Assembly: GCF_041956535.1 (NCBI RefSeq)
Contig: NW_027192229.1
Coordinates: forward strand, 26,830-90,829
Source of the DNA: Calcarisporiella thermophila CBS 279.70
Taxonomy: Eukaryota > Fungi > Calcarisporiellomycota
Length of the DNA stretch: 64,000 nt
Direction of reading: 5' to 3'
Both the position numbers and the translations under genes were made by a program. The notes under the pieces were generated by a model. It was not told the origin of the DNA, ran no database searches, and was given only the letters and a program-made list of their open reading frames with translations. Of this stretch, positions 63,979 through 64,000 are shown piece after piece (positions within the stretch are counted from its first letter, which is position 1; every line of letters starts with the position of its first letter).

Positions 63979-64000
63979 TCTTTGTTAATTTTTCGAGCGT

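Noticed and set aside
1-64000. Bacterial contamination, transposons, tRNA/rRNA genes
   Set aside because: Bacterial-like genes are interleaved with intron-containing fungal genes and have TATA-type promoters. No transposase, RT, terminal repeats or structural RNA were recognised by eye.

Overview
Intron-containing eukaryotic DNA, most likely from an early-diverging fungus (Mucoromycota-like). This is inferred from short spliceosomal introns, fungal RPB1/RCY1/KIN1/YOS1 and a U12-type AT-AC intron. The window has two compartments. About 1-34.5 kb is an AT-rich, gene-sparse accessory region with detoxification and bacterial-looking genes: DHA2 MFS pump, ODC pseudogene, GST, arsenite methyltransferase, two VOC/glyoxalase paralogs, HD hydrolase, 2OG-Fe(II) oxygenase, Hsp31/DJ-1, GT47, AceTr transporter, a 700-aa MfnB-like TIM-barrel protein, an OpuAC-type binding protein and secreted proteins. 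About 35-64 kb is a gene-dense core region: RPB1, YOS1, RCY1, two GNATs, KIN1, an LRR protein, NUG1-like, MTG1 and PRP19. Top leads: (1) a five-intron, ~1147-aa restriction-modification-type (Eco57I/TaqI-like gamma class) amino-methyltransferase with a target-recognition domain and no recognisable nuclease; (2) an MfnB/4-HFC-P-synthase-like aldolase barrel; (3) the electrophile/metalloid detox island with shared AP-1/Yap-like promoter elements; (4) a minor-spliceosome AT-AC intron in MTG1. All family calls come from motif recognition by eye, with no database searches.
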